Assembly (NCBI RefSeq): GCF_000143415.4 | Contig: NW_003314324.1 | Coordinates: 819,379-883,378, forward strand | DNA: 64,000 nucleotides | Direction: 5' to 3' | From: Selaginella moellendorffii | Taxonomy: Eukaryota > Plantae > Lycopodiophyta | Shown here: positions 1-11,407 of the stretch, in pieces | How positions within the stretch are numbered: position 1 is the first letter of the stretch | Layout: each line of letters starts with the position of its first letter | Position numbers and translations under genes: made by a program | Notes under the pieces: model-generated | What the model was told of the DNA's origin: nothing | The model's input: only the letters and a program-made list of their open reading frames with translations | Database searches by the model: none

Positions 1-128
1 ATTTCATAAGCCACGATCCCAAAGAGCCAGGCAAGATACTGTTGAGGCAAATACGCAGAGACGATCTCCAAAAGAAACCGAAGGCATACACATCCAGCAA
101 CTCAAAATAAACGCGAAGTGAAGCTACC

Positions 129-434
129 TTAGGCAAACATGGCCGAAAGCAACATGGAAGCACACAGCCAAATCGATAAACACACAAAGAATGACTTACC
201 ATTAGATTTGAGGAGGAGGAGTTTTTCCTCACGCAGCAGTTCTTTCTCCTTCCGCAGCAGTTCTTCCTCCTTCCGCCCTTTTATCTTCCGCAGCTGCTCT
301 TCCTCCTTCCGCCAATATTCCGCCAGAGATTGATTGCCACTCTGAAGGGCAGAGAGAAAAGATTCCCCAACCGTTTGGATCTGCGACTCAAGAAGCCCGA
401 TTTGAGCCTCCACCTTAGCCAATTCCACGTCCAT
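129..434 (-). CDS. 5' exon of an unknown protein with an N-terminal charged coiled coil; the gene probably continues past the left window edge
   Basis: ATG at 434 with a telobox-like AAACCCTA just upstream; EEEQLRK/KEEELLRKEKELLREEK repeats; minus-strand G|GTAAGT donor near 199. The ORF tail is probably intron read-through. Confidence 0.45.
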   Translation of the reverse strand: MDVELAKVEAQIGLLESQIQTVGESFLSALQSGNQSLAEYWRKEEEQLRKIKGRKEEELLRKEKELLREEKLLLLKSNGKSFFVCLSIWLCASMLLSAMFA

Positions 435-757
435 TCTGCTAGCTGAAAACCCTATATTGAAAATTAAGTTGGAATAATATCATGAGTTTTAGTGGTGCCC
501 TAGAATCGTCAGGAACCGCACGATCGTCATCCGACGGCACGACGACTAAATTAATCTATGGCTATAGCAACAAACAACTTTGCTTTAACGGCAAACCAAA
601 AATAAATTTTTATACAAGTTAGTTGTTGATGTTTCTCCTTTGAGATTTCACCAGAGACAAGAACGTCTCTTGTGGACAGCATGGAGACTTCGTGTTGTCA
701 CAAAATCTCTCCGCAGCCCCTGTTTTGTGTCGAGTGAAACCACATCACTCTGACATT

Positions 758-2866
758 TTAGGCCTTCTTTGGCTGCTTGGAACTGATTCGACAGCTGAAA
801 GCATCGAGCAAGCCAGGGTCTTCTTCGCACGTAAGATAAGTGGCTGCCTCGGGATTGGCCAGGAGCTGCTTGGCAACCAGATAGCCAGCAATGGACCATG
901 TCTGGAAGAGTCTCGATTGCTTGCCTATAAACTTCCCCGTGCGGCTGTCGTAGTACTCGGGCCAGCGGTCTCTGGAGATTCTCCTCTCCATGATTTCTAG
1001 AGCCTCGTACGCCACTTCTGATCTTCCCATCTTTATGCAGGCTAGTGTAAACTGTCAAAGAGTAACAAGGCAGCGTCAGAATTTTTTTTGCCATGGATCA
1101 TCTTTTCATGATTTCTTGCCTGCCAGATGAGTGTAGGCCAGGAACCTCCATTATGGTAAGACCATGCCCTGGAAAAACTCACAGAGTTATGACTTCCAAC
1201 ACAAAATTTACAAAAGCTTACGTGTTTTTGGGGTCACCGCCAGTGATGATTCGCCACTCCTCGTTTTCAAAAGCCGGGAAGCAGATCTTGAGAGGCATGC
1301 TTCCGACCAGGTGCTTCCATCTGTCTTGGATGAGATCGAGAATTCCGCTGGATTGCTGTGGTGTTGCCAGGGAAGATACTATCGCCCACAAGTTTCCCAG
1401 TGAGAAGAACCGAAAGTCCATGTGAGCCGGCTGTAGATTGCCGATAAAGTACCCTCCATGATCGGGCATCCAGTCCGCAAGCCAATCCGGGATTTGCTCG
1501 GGATAAATATTAAACTTGTTCACAGCATCATGCGAGTACTCTTCGGTTTTATAGCGATAGATCTCGTTGAGCTTAGCTATGTCGAGCCAATAGTATTCCC
1601 TTATGTGGAACGACAGTGCGCTAAGTCGCGAGTTAACCGCTGTAAGCAATTGATGAGACTTCTCGTCTGGGATAAGCATCTCTTTCGCACATTGAAGAGC
1701 CGAGTAGAAAAGCGCCTGTGTTCCGAGAGACGGTTAGTATTTTCTCTCGAAGCGAAATGACTATAAGCACCTGTATTTCAAGAGGATGGCCGTGGATGCC
1801 CATGCGACGATCGATCATACACGAGCCATCCGTGACCAGCAACGTCGGGAACATGTCAAACCCGTCAGAGAGACATAACTTAAGAATCATCCTTATGCCG
1901 GTTTGGACGTCCATTCTTTCCTGCAATGACAAGTCGCCCGTGGATTTACCGTAAGCTCGGAGGAGAATTATCCACCACAGACCTGGAGAATATCAAATGA
2001 AGATGAAACTGGAATCCAACAAAGAGAAACGTTAAGCACCTGAGTCTACTGGTGCAACCCTTCCGATAGCAGCTTCTCCAAAGTCTGGATCCAGGATCTC
2101 TTCGCAAGTGTCCTCTTCAGCGGCAACCGATTGAACCTTGAAACTTGCAGGCATTAGACCCTGCCCAGGACTGTAAAAATCAACGGTTTTTTCCCAGCTC
2201 TACCACCATTCATAGAGCAAACTTAGTATAATCACACACAAGGAATAACTTTACCTGTAACCTTAGCGTGCATAGTAGAAAGTTACGAACAATGGCTGGC
2301 TCTCCTTTCAGTAGAAACGCAATGCCCGACGGAACAAAATCGCGGATGAAAACTTGATCGTAGTTTAGAGCCGAAGCGTCAGTGGGGTCGTTCGCGGCAA
2401 TCGTTCCCACTGGACAGCCTTGGTACTGCACTATGGAGGCCCTGAGCAATCGCCACGCTTCTTGCTCGAAGGGACTCTCCTTCCTGGCTTCCTTGAAAGT
2501 TAAGTCGGACGAATTGCCTTTAAAATTCTCTACGTCGAGATTGAGAGGAAGGATTCCCGCGGCTGGAACGTAGACTTGGTGCTGGCGCTGCTGGTCTAGA
2601 TCCGGAACAGGATTAGCTCCATCCTGTGTGAAGACTCGATTCTCGGCCAAGATGTAGAGCCTCGATTTTAGTGGAGACCGTCTCCATTTTCCTCTGCGGA
2701 GGAATCGTATGGAGTCGGAGCGCCTGGGGTGAGACAATGCGAGGCCGCTGACGATAATCGACCCTCTACAAACCCTCCCGTGCGATTGGGAGCCCGGATT
2801 CCACGTCTTGAACCTCGATGGGGACGAAAGAGCCGCCTCTGCGCCTGGAAAGCTTCCTGGACTCAT
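758..2866 (-). CDS. Alkaline/neutral invertase (GH100), organelle-targeted type, multi-exon
   Basis: Exons encode [53 protein letters not shown] and QTWSIAGYL; Arg/Ser-rich transit-peptide-like N-terminus; ATG at 2866, stop at 758. Confidence 0.95.
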
Positions 2867-3159
2867 GATTCTTCGCAAATCCGGCCGCGCGACGGGGCAA
2901 GAAAGGCGCCGGAAACCCTACCTCGATCGACCGGCTCCTCTTCGCTGAAAATCGCAGAATGCCGCTTCGAGATCAATCGAAAAACACGAAAGTCTTGCAG
3001 ATTCTTGCTGGAAATCGCTCGCTGAGGGCTCCGATCGTAGGAAAAATGGAAGAAGAAACGCTTCACGCGCACAAAATGAAATAGGGCGCGCGATGGAACG
3101 AAGACCAAGTTAAACAAAGATCTATCCGACGTGGAAAGTGACCGTTCCTAGTCACTTGC

Positions 3160-3173
3160 TGACGTGACGTGGC
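3160..3173. promoter_or_regulatory. Overlapping ACGT cores (TGACGT / ABRE-like ACGTGGC) upstream of the invertase
   Basis: TGACGTGACGTGGC about 300 bp upstream of the invertase ATG, with another GACGTGG at ~3128. Confidence 0.4.
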
Positions 3174-3251
3174 GCATTTGGTGGCCACGAAGAAAACGTG
3201 AATTTTTATTTCACCCATTTATTTACTTTAACCACGATTGGTGGTTTACTT

Positions 3252-4044
3252 TTACTTGCAATTGTCCCCGTTGGTAAACTCAAACGCTGGTACCACGTAC
3301 GCGGTCTCCTTGCTCGAGGTGGAATGCAGTGTCGGTGTGAAAGAATTGGTGGCGGAGCCAACGGGAACGTTACACGTGGATGGCAGCGATGACGTAATGA
3401 CGGACACGGCGCAGCTACCCGGGAAGCCCAGTGGTTCCAAGTGGTGGAACCCCATCGAGAACTGGCCATGGTGCTGGGTTACCATCGTTAAGTTTGCTTG
3501 CGGGCATGATAGCTCCACGGAAACACCTGGAGAAAACGAGAGAAAACTTCTCGGAAGAACTTTGGAAGCTCTTACCAGAGAGACCATGGGTCTTGGTCTT
3601 GTGCTTGGTGGAGCAACGCTCGCAAGTGACTCGGCCCCTGATGGTAATTCTTGGAGTGTGCGAAGGTGGTGAGCCGTCAATGGTCCCTGGAGCCGGAGGT
3701 GTCGACTGAGCTGACGATTCCGGAGCTTGCGATGGCGCTAGAATGCTGGTGACTTGCAGAGAATCCATAGCCGAAAGCCTCTCGTCTTCCACGGCACGAA
3801 CACTTTCCAGGCGAAGTTGATCATTCGCAGCAACTTTTTCTCCACGAAGATGTGGAGGTAAAGGACCGCCCTTGAGAGGATCGGGAGGACCATTACCATT
3901 ACCACCGCTGCCGCTGGTAAGGGGAGAGAGCGGTGAAGCAGCCGGAGAGATGGAAACTTTTCTCGAGTGTCCTGCATTGTCAGCAGCAGAGACGATTAGC
4001 AAAACCAGGAAGATGGGGACAGAAAATGCTAAACGACCACCCAT
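3252..4044 (-). CDS. Secreted Pollen Ole e 1 / extensin-family protein, 2 exons (intron 3527-3575)
   Basis: Signal peptide MGGRLAFSVPIFLVLLIVSAA; Pro/Ser-rich linker; IRGRVTCERC...LSGVSVELSC...GQF...C...SS...C cysteine pattern of the Ole e 1 domain. Confidence 0.8.
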
Positions 4045-4289
4045 AGCTATAGCTCTACGGCTCCGAGATATCACTCAACTATATTATGGAAGAGAATTTA
4101 TGCGAACCTGGAGGCCGTGCATGCGGCTAGTGTGTGGGCGTCCGTCTTCTTGGCATGAGCCCCAGAAGCCCGGAAAAAGTTTTAATCACAAAAGAAACAG
4201 CGTCCTCTACCGTTCACATCGTCGCTGCACAGTCAAAAAGTGAGAAACAAAACATATGTTTGGGAATGTCTTACCGCCTTTTAAGTATT

Positions 4290-5904
4290 TCACGTTCGTA
4301 TTTCGTAGCTGGCGGCTCTTGTTACTGCACGAAATCCCTTGTAAGGTCGGTATTCCACGTTTCTAATGTCCATCTTGTCTACTTTCAGACCGGACACGGC
4401 CGTTCCCTGGATCTTAAAACCAACCAGGAAAGTTGGAAACTCTTCTAAGCGATTGATCCCTGGTTCCAGCTGCAAAGTGCCACTTAAGCAAGGAGACTTG
4501 TCCTTTGGAATACGTCCTATGATCCACGTTGATACCTGCAAGTATAAGACTTAGAAACATCATAAAGAAAGGTTAGCTCTAGTGTTACCTTTGTAGAAAA
4601 GCTGTACGTAACTGTTCCAACACTAGGACTCAGGTTTGTGGACACCACAGACGGAGGCCAAGGTAGTTGAACGATAATAGCATCCACGGGTTTCCCAGGA
4701 TCGCCTCGAAGCCCCACTAGAACATTTACACGACAAATTCCTTCGCCAGAGCTCAATTGAGGACGAACGAACAGGGGAGGATTTTTTAAGCCCTTCACTC
4801 TGCAAATACGATATCAGTTAGTGCTAGTAAGTGCGCAAAACAAGAACAAACCTGTAGCTCATGAGTTTAAATGCACCATCTGGAGGAATGAACGATAACA
4901 TTTGGTCCGCTTCCCATGCTCGGTATCGCACACAGGGGTGAAAGTTTACGTCGTGTAGAATGTCGGCATTTGCAAACGTCAGCGAGAGTTCAGGCATCCC
5001 GGACAATCTCGAGGTCGCTTGGATTTCTCCATAAGCCTCACATTTTACGACGAAACCATCCCTGCACTCACAACTTTGTAAACTTAGAGATAGCAATAGT
5101 GCTGCCTATATACCTGTTAAAAACTGCATCCATCTCCTCGACCAAGTCAAAGTAAATCTCGTTGTTCGAGTGCTTCACGTTACTAGCCCTCCAAGAAACT
5201 TGCGATGAAGTTGCCAGAGGAGAAGCAGCGTTCAAACTTGACGAAGTCCCGGTGACAACACTGAGAACTCTACTGACCAAATTCGGAGGAGCAATAATCT
5301 CTTTTAACACACTCGGCTCAGTCGTGGAAGGAAATCCGCTGTCCATCATTTCGTCGAGAATCTACGAGCAAGCGAAACATCAGAGGAAAGACACCACTGA
5401 TAAACTTTCAATCACCTCGTATACGATCACGAAATTGTCCTTGAGAATATCTTCATTCAATCCTCCTAGATAGTTTTCTAGAACACTTGCAACCTTGCAC
5501 AGAAACTTCAAAAAGAGAAACCAATCAACGCAAGAAAAAGCTCTCAAACACGAACCTCGATTCCCAGAAGAGGAGGCATCTCACTCGCTGTGCATGCCAG
5601 AAACGTCACGCCCTCCCGGACAATGTGTAGAAGGTAATGCGTCGGAGACGCGATAACGGAGGGAGGATCCTGGACGATCAGCCAGAAAGAATGTAGGTCT
5701 TGGCAAAAGAGAGCTTGATCTTACCTGATCTTCCATCTCTGATCGCTGCCGCCAGAACCAGCTGCAAATGGATCGCTCCACGCGCTTTCCCATCCATTGC
5801 TTCTCAAGAATCACGTCACTGCACAGGGAAATTTCCTGCTTAGACCACAGATAGCTCAGAGAGGCGTACCCGGCATCGGAGAGGAGGAACAAGCACTGAA
5901 TCAT
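4290..5904 (-). CDS. AP3M: AP-3 adaptor complex mu subunit, multi-exon
   Basis: MIQCLFLLSDAG..VILEKQW, NFVIVYE, MMDSGFP.TTEP, VSWR..NVKH.NNEIYFDLVEEMD, LSGMP, FHPCVR, SFIPPDG.FKLMSYR, GLKVDK..YKGFR. Confidence 0.95.
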
Positions 5905-6116
5905 CGCTGCTAGAACCCTAACTTTGCGAAATAAAATGGACGAGCTGTGATTGGAGGGAATCTAGGTCCGGAATGTCGTGCGTGTGGACCGTCCGATGTC
6001 GGTTTTCTTAAAACTATGAGAGACAATACAATGCAACCACAGACGAGGGCAAGCAGAAGGATTATGGCGATTTAGTAGCGTAGCGGGCTTGCAGCGTCCT
6101 GGATTTCTAGGTCACG

Positions 6117-9100
6117 ATGTTCTTCTCCGGCGATCCGGGGCTGCGGCGCAAGGTGGAGCTGCGAGGGCGCAGCTCTAAGGAGAGCGATCGGCAAGGGACT
6201 CTCAACAGGGTCAAGGACGAGCGCGAGCAGCGGCAGCGAGCGCGGCTGCGGCAGCAAGGCGCTCTTCGAATCCAGGTAGTGTCCTCCATTTCATTCCCGG
6301 ATTCCGAATTCTTGTTCCCAGAAATGCTTTCGGGGAAGGCGAGACGTAGCGGTCAATCAGGTCCTCATTCGAGAGAAATTCGTCGCAGCTTTCGGAGAAT
6401 TTAGCGATAGAGCGGACAGGTGATTCTTGCAGAGCTCATAGCTTTTGATAGATTTGGAGCTCATAGATTCTATTCTATTTTCAGGAACGTCTTCAAGCCC
6501 GAGTCTTTATATCTTCCTCAGATTTTCTTCATGATCTCTCCGAAAAATTCAGCGGATTTCTACCGGCTGGCTGGAGCTTGCCGCCATTTTCTTCGATGCA
6601 TGAGTGAAACGGGTAAGCTCCATTGAATGAAAATGCTGGAGCCTGACTTGATCCACAGAAGGTGGTGTCTTTTCGGTTTTTGTTAGCGGAGACTATACGA
6701 CTCAAAGATGTGCTATTAACTATAGAGTGAAGCATTTTGCGATTCTTTGTCTACAAGGTCTCTACCATCACCGGTATGTGAGAGTAACGCAGTCGTGATT
6801 GTTTTCTTGTTTACATTGGATTTACAGAGAATCACTTAAGGAAGAGTTAATGCTTCCAGAAGATGGATCCAGAGACGATGTCGCAGGGGTTCTCGTGCGC
6901 ACGATTCTCAGCCTTGCAACGGTCGAGTTGCCTTGGTCTGGAAGTCTTATTGAGCACCTTGCACTCAACAAGATGTTTTGTCTTCTTCGTGATCTCGTCT
7001 TGACATTGGTATGTTACTCACTTCCAGGCTACTTGTGTTACAACGCATTTCTTTTCCAGAAAAACACAGATGCTCGATCATTGGTGATGTTATCTTTGGA
7101 GCGGCTTGTACATCAGCTCTCTGTTTTGTATGTGGAAAAGTTTCAGTACTTGAAGCCGGTGCCATTTACCTGGAGTCTCCCGGCTCAGATATTTTCTGTT
7201 CCACTTCTCTGGCGACGACTTCCGCGTCTGAAAGAGGTCCGAAAGCTTTCGTTTTCTAAAAAGTTTTTTATATGAGACATTCACAGGTCAGCGTTACGGA
7301 CGGTGTTTGGGCTTTTGTTGTTCATCAAACAGCCATAAATAAACTTGACTTGAGGACCTCTCTTCCTTCTGATGTAAGCCCTGAGTTTCCGTCATTTGTT
7401 TGCTTGCTGGGAAACCTCTTGGAAAGCTCACGACTCGCCATGCAACAACCAAACGCTATGATTCAGCTGGTAAGTTTGATATGCCTCCTGTTGATAAATG
7501 TATGTTACGAGAGCATTGCAGGTCACAGATATAGCAAATGTAGCACGGACTCTGTTGAGCACTCCACCGATAACCTGTGCTCTTTGTCCGAAGGAAACGT
7601 TCAGTGATGGTAACACTCTCACGTTATTATTCTTCTAACAACATTCTTCTTGCAGCCAGCGAGGACGACGACATGAAAATTGACATTGAAGAGAGCTTTG
7701 CTTTAGAACCAGCATTGATATCCCAGCTAAAGCACGCGTCTGATGGGATGTTCCTGAAAGAAATGGTACATGAAATTTTTATCTTTCAAAACCCGTTTTC
7801 TCACTATCTTCCAGGTGAGGGTTGCCTTCTCACAAGCTCCACTCGATTTGAATACGGTTGCTACACCATTTGGTGGTGCTCCGGAAGCCAGTGCGGTTTC
7901 TGCCGTTTGCGGCTTTTTATATGCGGCATTTTCTGTACTGGATAGAACTACAATAGTCTCGCGCTTGGCATACGTTGCGAACCTGGTGCCTCCACTGTGG
8001 CAATATATTACTTCTTGTCGGCTGAATAACAACTGGCCAGCGATCGAGCTGCCTTCTCAGGATGCGCAGCTATCACCAGAGCTACTTGGTTGGATGCTGC
8101 CACTTGCGGTTTTCTGTCCCGTCTTCAGGTGCGTTCAAAATGATCGCGTGCTTCTCTAAAGACTTCTTTTGCAGTCATCTGCTTTTTAGCATGGACAACG
8201 ATGAGTTCTACAACATGAAACAACCGATAAGTATAGAAGATGTTAAGCAACTGGTGCTTATTTTGAAGGAGGTGCGCAACCAGATACTATTGATAAAAGC
8301 GATTGACATTGTCTGTTACTGTAGGGACTCTGGCAGCTTCTGTGGGTTATGCCTTTCAAGCCGTCAGCCTTCGTCGCTTCCGATATATTTGTGTTTCAAA
8401 ACATGCGTCAATTTTTTATAAATGTCTCTGCAAGTCTACTGGCGGAGGTACGTCACTTTCTACTATTCTTTCCTTATGATTCTATTCCTTGCAGCTGCAT
8501 GACCGCAATAGCAAGCGGCAGTTTGCACCATCACACACATTTCATGCAAGGGAAGCGATTGAAGAAAGCTTTTTCCACCAGGTATTTCCTACTATCATTT
8601 TCGCGTAACTCAAGGCACCGTGACGTACGCAGGCAGAAGGGGAGAATACCAAAGCCCGGGAGGTTCTCAACAGAGCTCCTTTTCTAATACCGTTCACACT
8701 CAGAGTTCGTGTATACACGGTAATTCCCCGTCTCCCTTTACTAGCTTCCTGTAATGCGTAACTGCAGGCTCAACGAACTGCTGCAAGGCAAAACACGTCC
8801 CGCCAATATGGACTTCAAATCAAAGTGCAACGAGATCGTATTATCGAGGACGCCTTTATGCAGTTCAATGTGCTCAGCGACGAGTCTCTGCGGGGAACGG
8901 TAATGGGTTCACAAATTTGAAGCTAGTTCTAGTTCTGACGTTCGTGCTTGTACAGATCAGAGTTTCTTACGTCAATGAACTCGGTGCTGAGGAAGCCGGA
9001 GTCGACGGAGGCGGCATTTTTAAAGATTTTATGGAAAACATAACCAGTGCAGGTTTTGACATACAATATGGCTTGTTCAAGGTAACTACCTGCATTCGCG

Positions 9101-10492
9101 CTCAGCCCTTACAACGTATTCCAGGAAACTGCGGACCATCTTTTGTATCCTAACCCAGCGTCCCATATGGTCAACGACGAGCATCTGCAATACTTCGAGT
9201 TTTTTGGCAAAATATTGGGAAAGGTGAGCTTGCATAGGAACTTTTATTTCCTCGTTAACATTCACCGAGCAGGCAATGTTTGAAGGGATTCTCGTGGACA
9301 TACCTTTTGCCATGTTTTTCCTGCGTAAGCTGAGGAAGAAGTAAGTTACAGCTGCTTTACGTGTTAGCTTACTAGTCTCTTCTTTCGCAGGCACAATTAC
9401 CTACACGATTTACCTTCGCTGGATCCAGAGCTTTATAAGAATCTACTTTTCTTGAAGGTATAACTGAGCTCTTTGATTTTGGCCTGACGAGCTTGTTTTA
9501 CAGAACAACCCAAATATGGTGCAGCAGCTGGGCCTCTATTTCGTAATTGAAGACAATGAATATGGAGAGCAATTAGAGGTAGAGCTTCTTCCAGGGGGAA
9601 AGGATATCCAAGTCACCAAAGACAACGTCTACCGATACATTCACTTGGTAGCAAATCACCGTCTGAATCACCAGGTTAGTGCTGCTTGGTTTTTCAGTCA
9701 GTCACTTGTTCCTGCAGATCCGGCAACAAAGTAACCATTTTTTGCGTGGCTTTCAACAACTTATAAGCCCGGAATGGTTAGATATGTTCAACGAGCACGA
9801 ACTCCAGGTTTAGTTTCACATGTCCGCTGGTTGGAAAAAGCACTTATGTTGTTGCTGTGGCAGATCCTTATCTCCGGATTTGAAGATGCCATGGACATAG
9901 ACGATCTCCATCACAACGTGAACTATGGTGGTGGCTATCATGAGGTAGAATACTTCTCTTTCATTGCGTGGCGAGCGAATACTTCTTTTCTTTTGGCAGA
10001 ACCATCCGGTGATTCAGATGTTCTGGGACACCGTGAAAGCCCTGGATGCAAATATGCAGCGGAAGTTCCTAAAGTTCGTGTCCGTTTGTTTTCATTTCGT
10101 GTTCGTGACCGTTTTCATTTGCAGGTTCGTTACAGGATGCTCGAGAGGGCCATTGCTCGGCTTCAAATACCTGGAGCCTCGATTTTGCATCCAGAAGTAA
10201 GCTCTTTCACCTTACCATTTTCTTCACTTGTTCTTCTTCTTCTCTCTTTTGTCCTTCGATTCCAGGACCGCTCCCGAAGGCGCAGCAGAGGAGGCTCTTG
10301 ACAGACTCCCCACGTCGGCGACTTGTTTGAACCTCCTGAAACTCCCTCCTTACAAAAGGTTCGTTGGTGTTTATTTTTCTTACTTGTAGCAGTTCATTGA
10401 TCTGTTCTTTCCTTGTTTCTTGTAGCAAGGATACGATTCGTGAGAAGCTACTCTATGCAATAGCTGCCGAAGCTGGATTCGATCTCAGCTGA
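6117..10492 (+). CDS. UPL6: HECT E3 ubiquitin ligase, UPL6/UBE3C type, many short exons
   Basis: N-terminus MFFSGDP..RRKVELRGRSSKE with an IQ motif; HECT motifs EEAGVDGGGIFKDF, FVTGCSRGPLLGFKYLEP, RLPTSATCLNLLKLPPY; ends AGFDLS* at 10492. Confidence 0.93.
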
Positions 10493-10812
10493 GTGACTAA
10501 GCTCTGTACAGAAAAAGCAAAAGTTTTGAGGAGATTTTGCGTTCCTCCTTTGTAAATTGGAAAATTTGGAACCCGGTTAACGAGCGTTTTGTAGGAAGCT
10601 TGAGAAGGTTCAAACAGGTTGAGCAAATCCTGACTGAGAGTTTTGTGTAGAAGTTGATCCTCCATGGCTGACGAGTTTGATATTTGACGAGGCTCTCGAG
10701 TGACGAACGAACTTAACGGTAGGGCAAACTGCAGCCGTTGGATGGGCGCGTTTTGAAAGGTCACGATGATTCAGCTGAATGGGAAGGGTTTTGCGGGCAT
10801 GGAGACGATGGC

Positions 10813-11328
10813 ATGGAGGGAAATGTGGCCTCGGCGGAGGCCAAGAAAGGAGGAGACAAGGACGGCAAGAAATCGACACCAAAGATCACGGTGCGTCCAT
10901 CGGATCAATTGCTTTGGATCGACTGATTTCCTTTTTTTTTGCTTTCCAGGCCAAAGATATAAAGACGTGCCCTCCCGACTCGCGCTTCCCAGTGACCAAC
11001 CAAACGAAGAATTGCTTCACGAAATACGTGGAGTATCACAAGTGAGTGGAAAGGATTTGGAGAGAAGAGATCAAATTTTCCTTCTTCTTGTGTTAGATGC
11101 ATCCAAGAAAATGGCGAGGGCGATTCGAGATGTGAGAAGTACAGGCGAGCTTACAAGTCATTGTGCCCCATCGAATGGGTAAAGAATCCTCTTTTTCCTC
11201 TCGAGCCGAGGCGATGAGACTGAAAAACCAAAAAAAAATAAAAAAAAACTCGAATGGTGGTGGTGTCAATGCAGGTTGAGGCCTGGGACGAGCGACGAGC
11301 AAACGATTGCTTTTGCGGTCCATACTGA
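10813..11328 (+). CDS. COX6B: Cytochrome c oxidase subunit 6b, 4 exons
   Basis: Spliced product contains DSRFPVTNQTKNCFTKYVEYHKC...[33 protein letters not shown], with the four-Cys COX6B pattern. Confidence 0.92.
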
Positions 11329-11407
11329 GTTCTCTCCAACGTTGTCAACGTTTTCTTGCTCAAAACCTTCTTCACATAATGGTACACCGGCACGGATTTC
11401 TCTTGGG

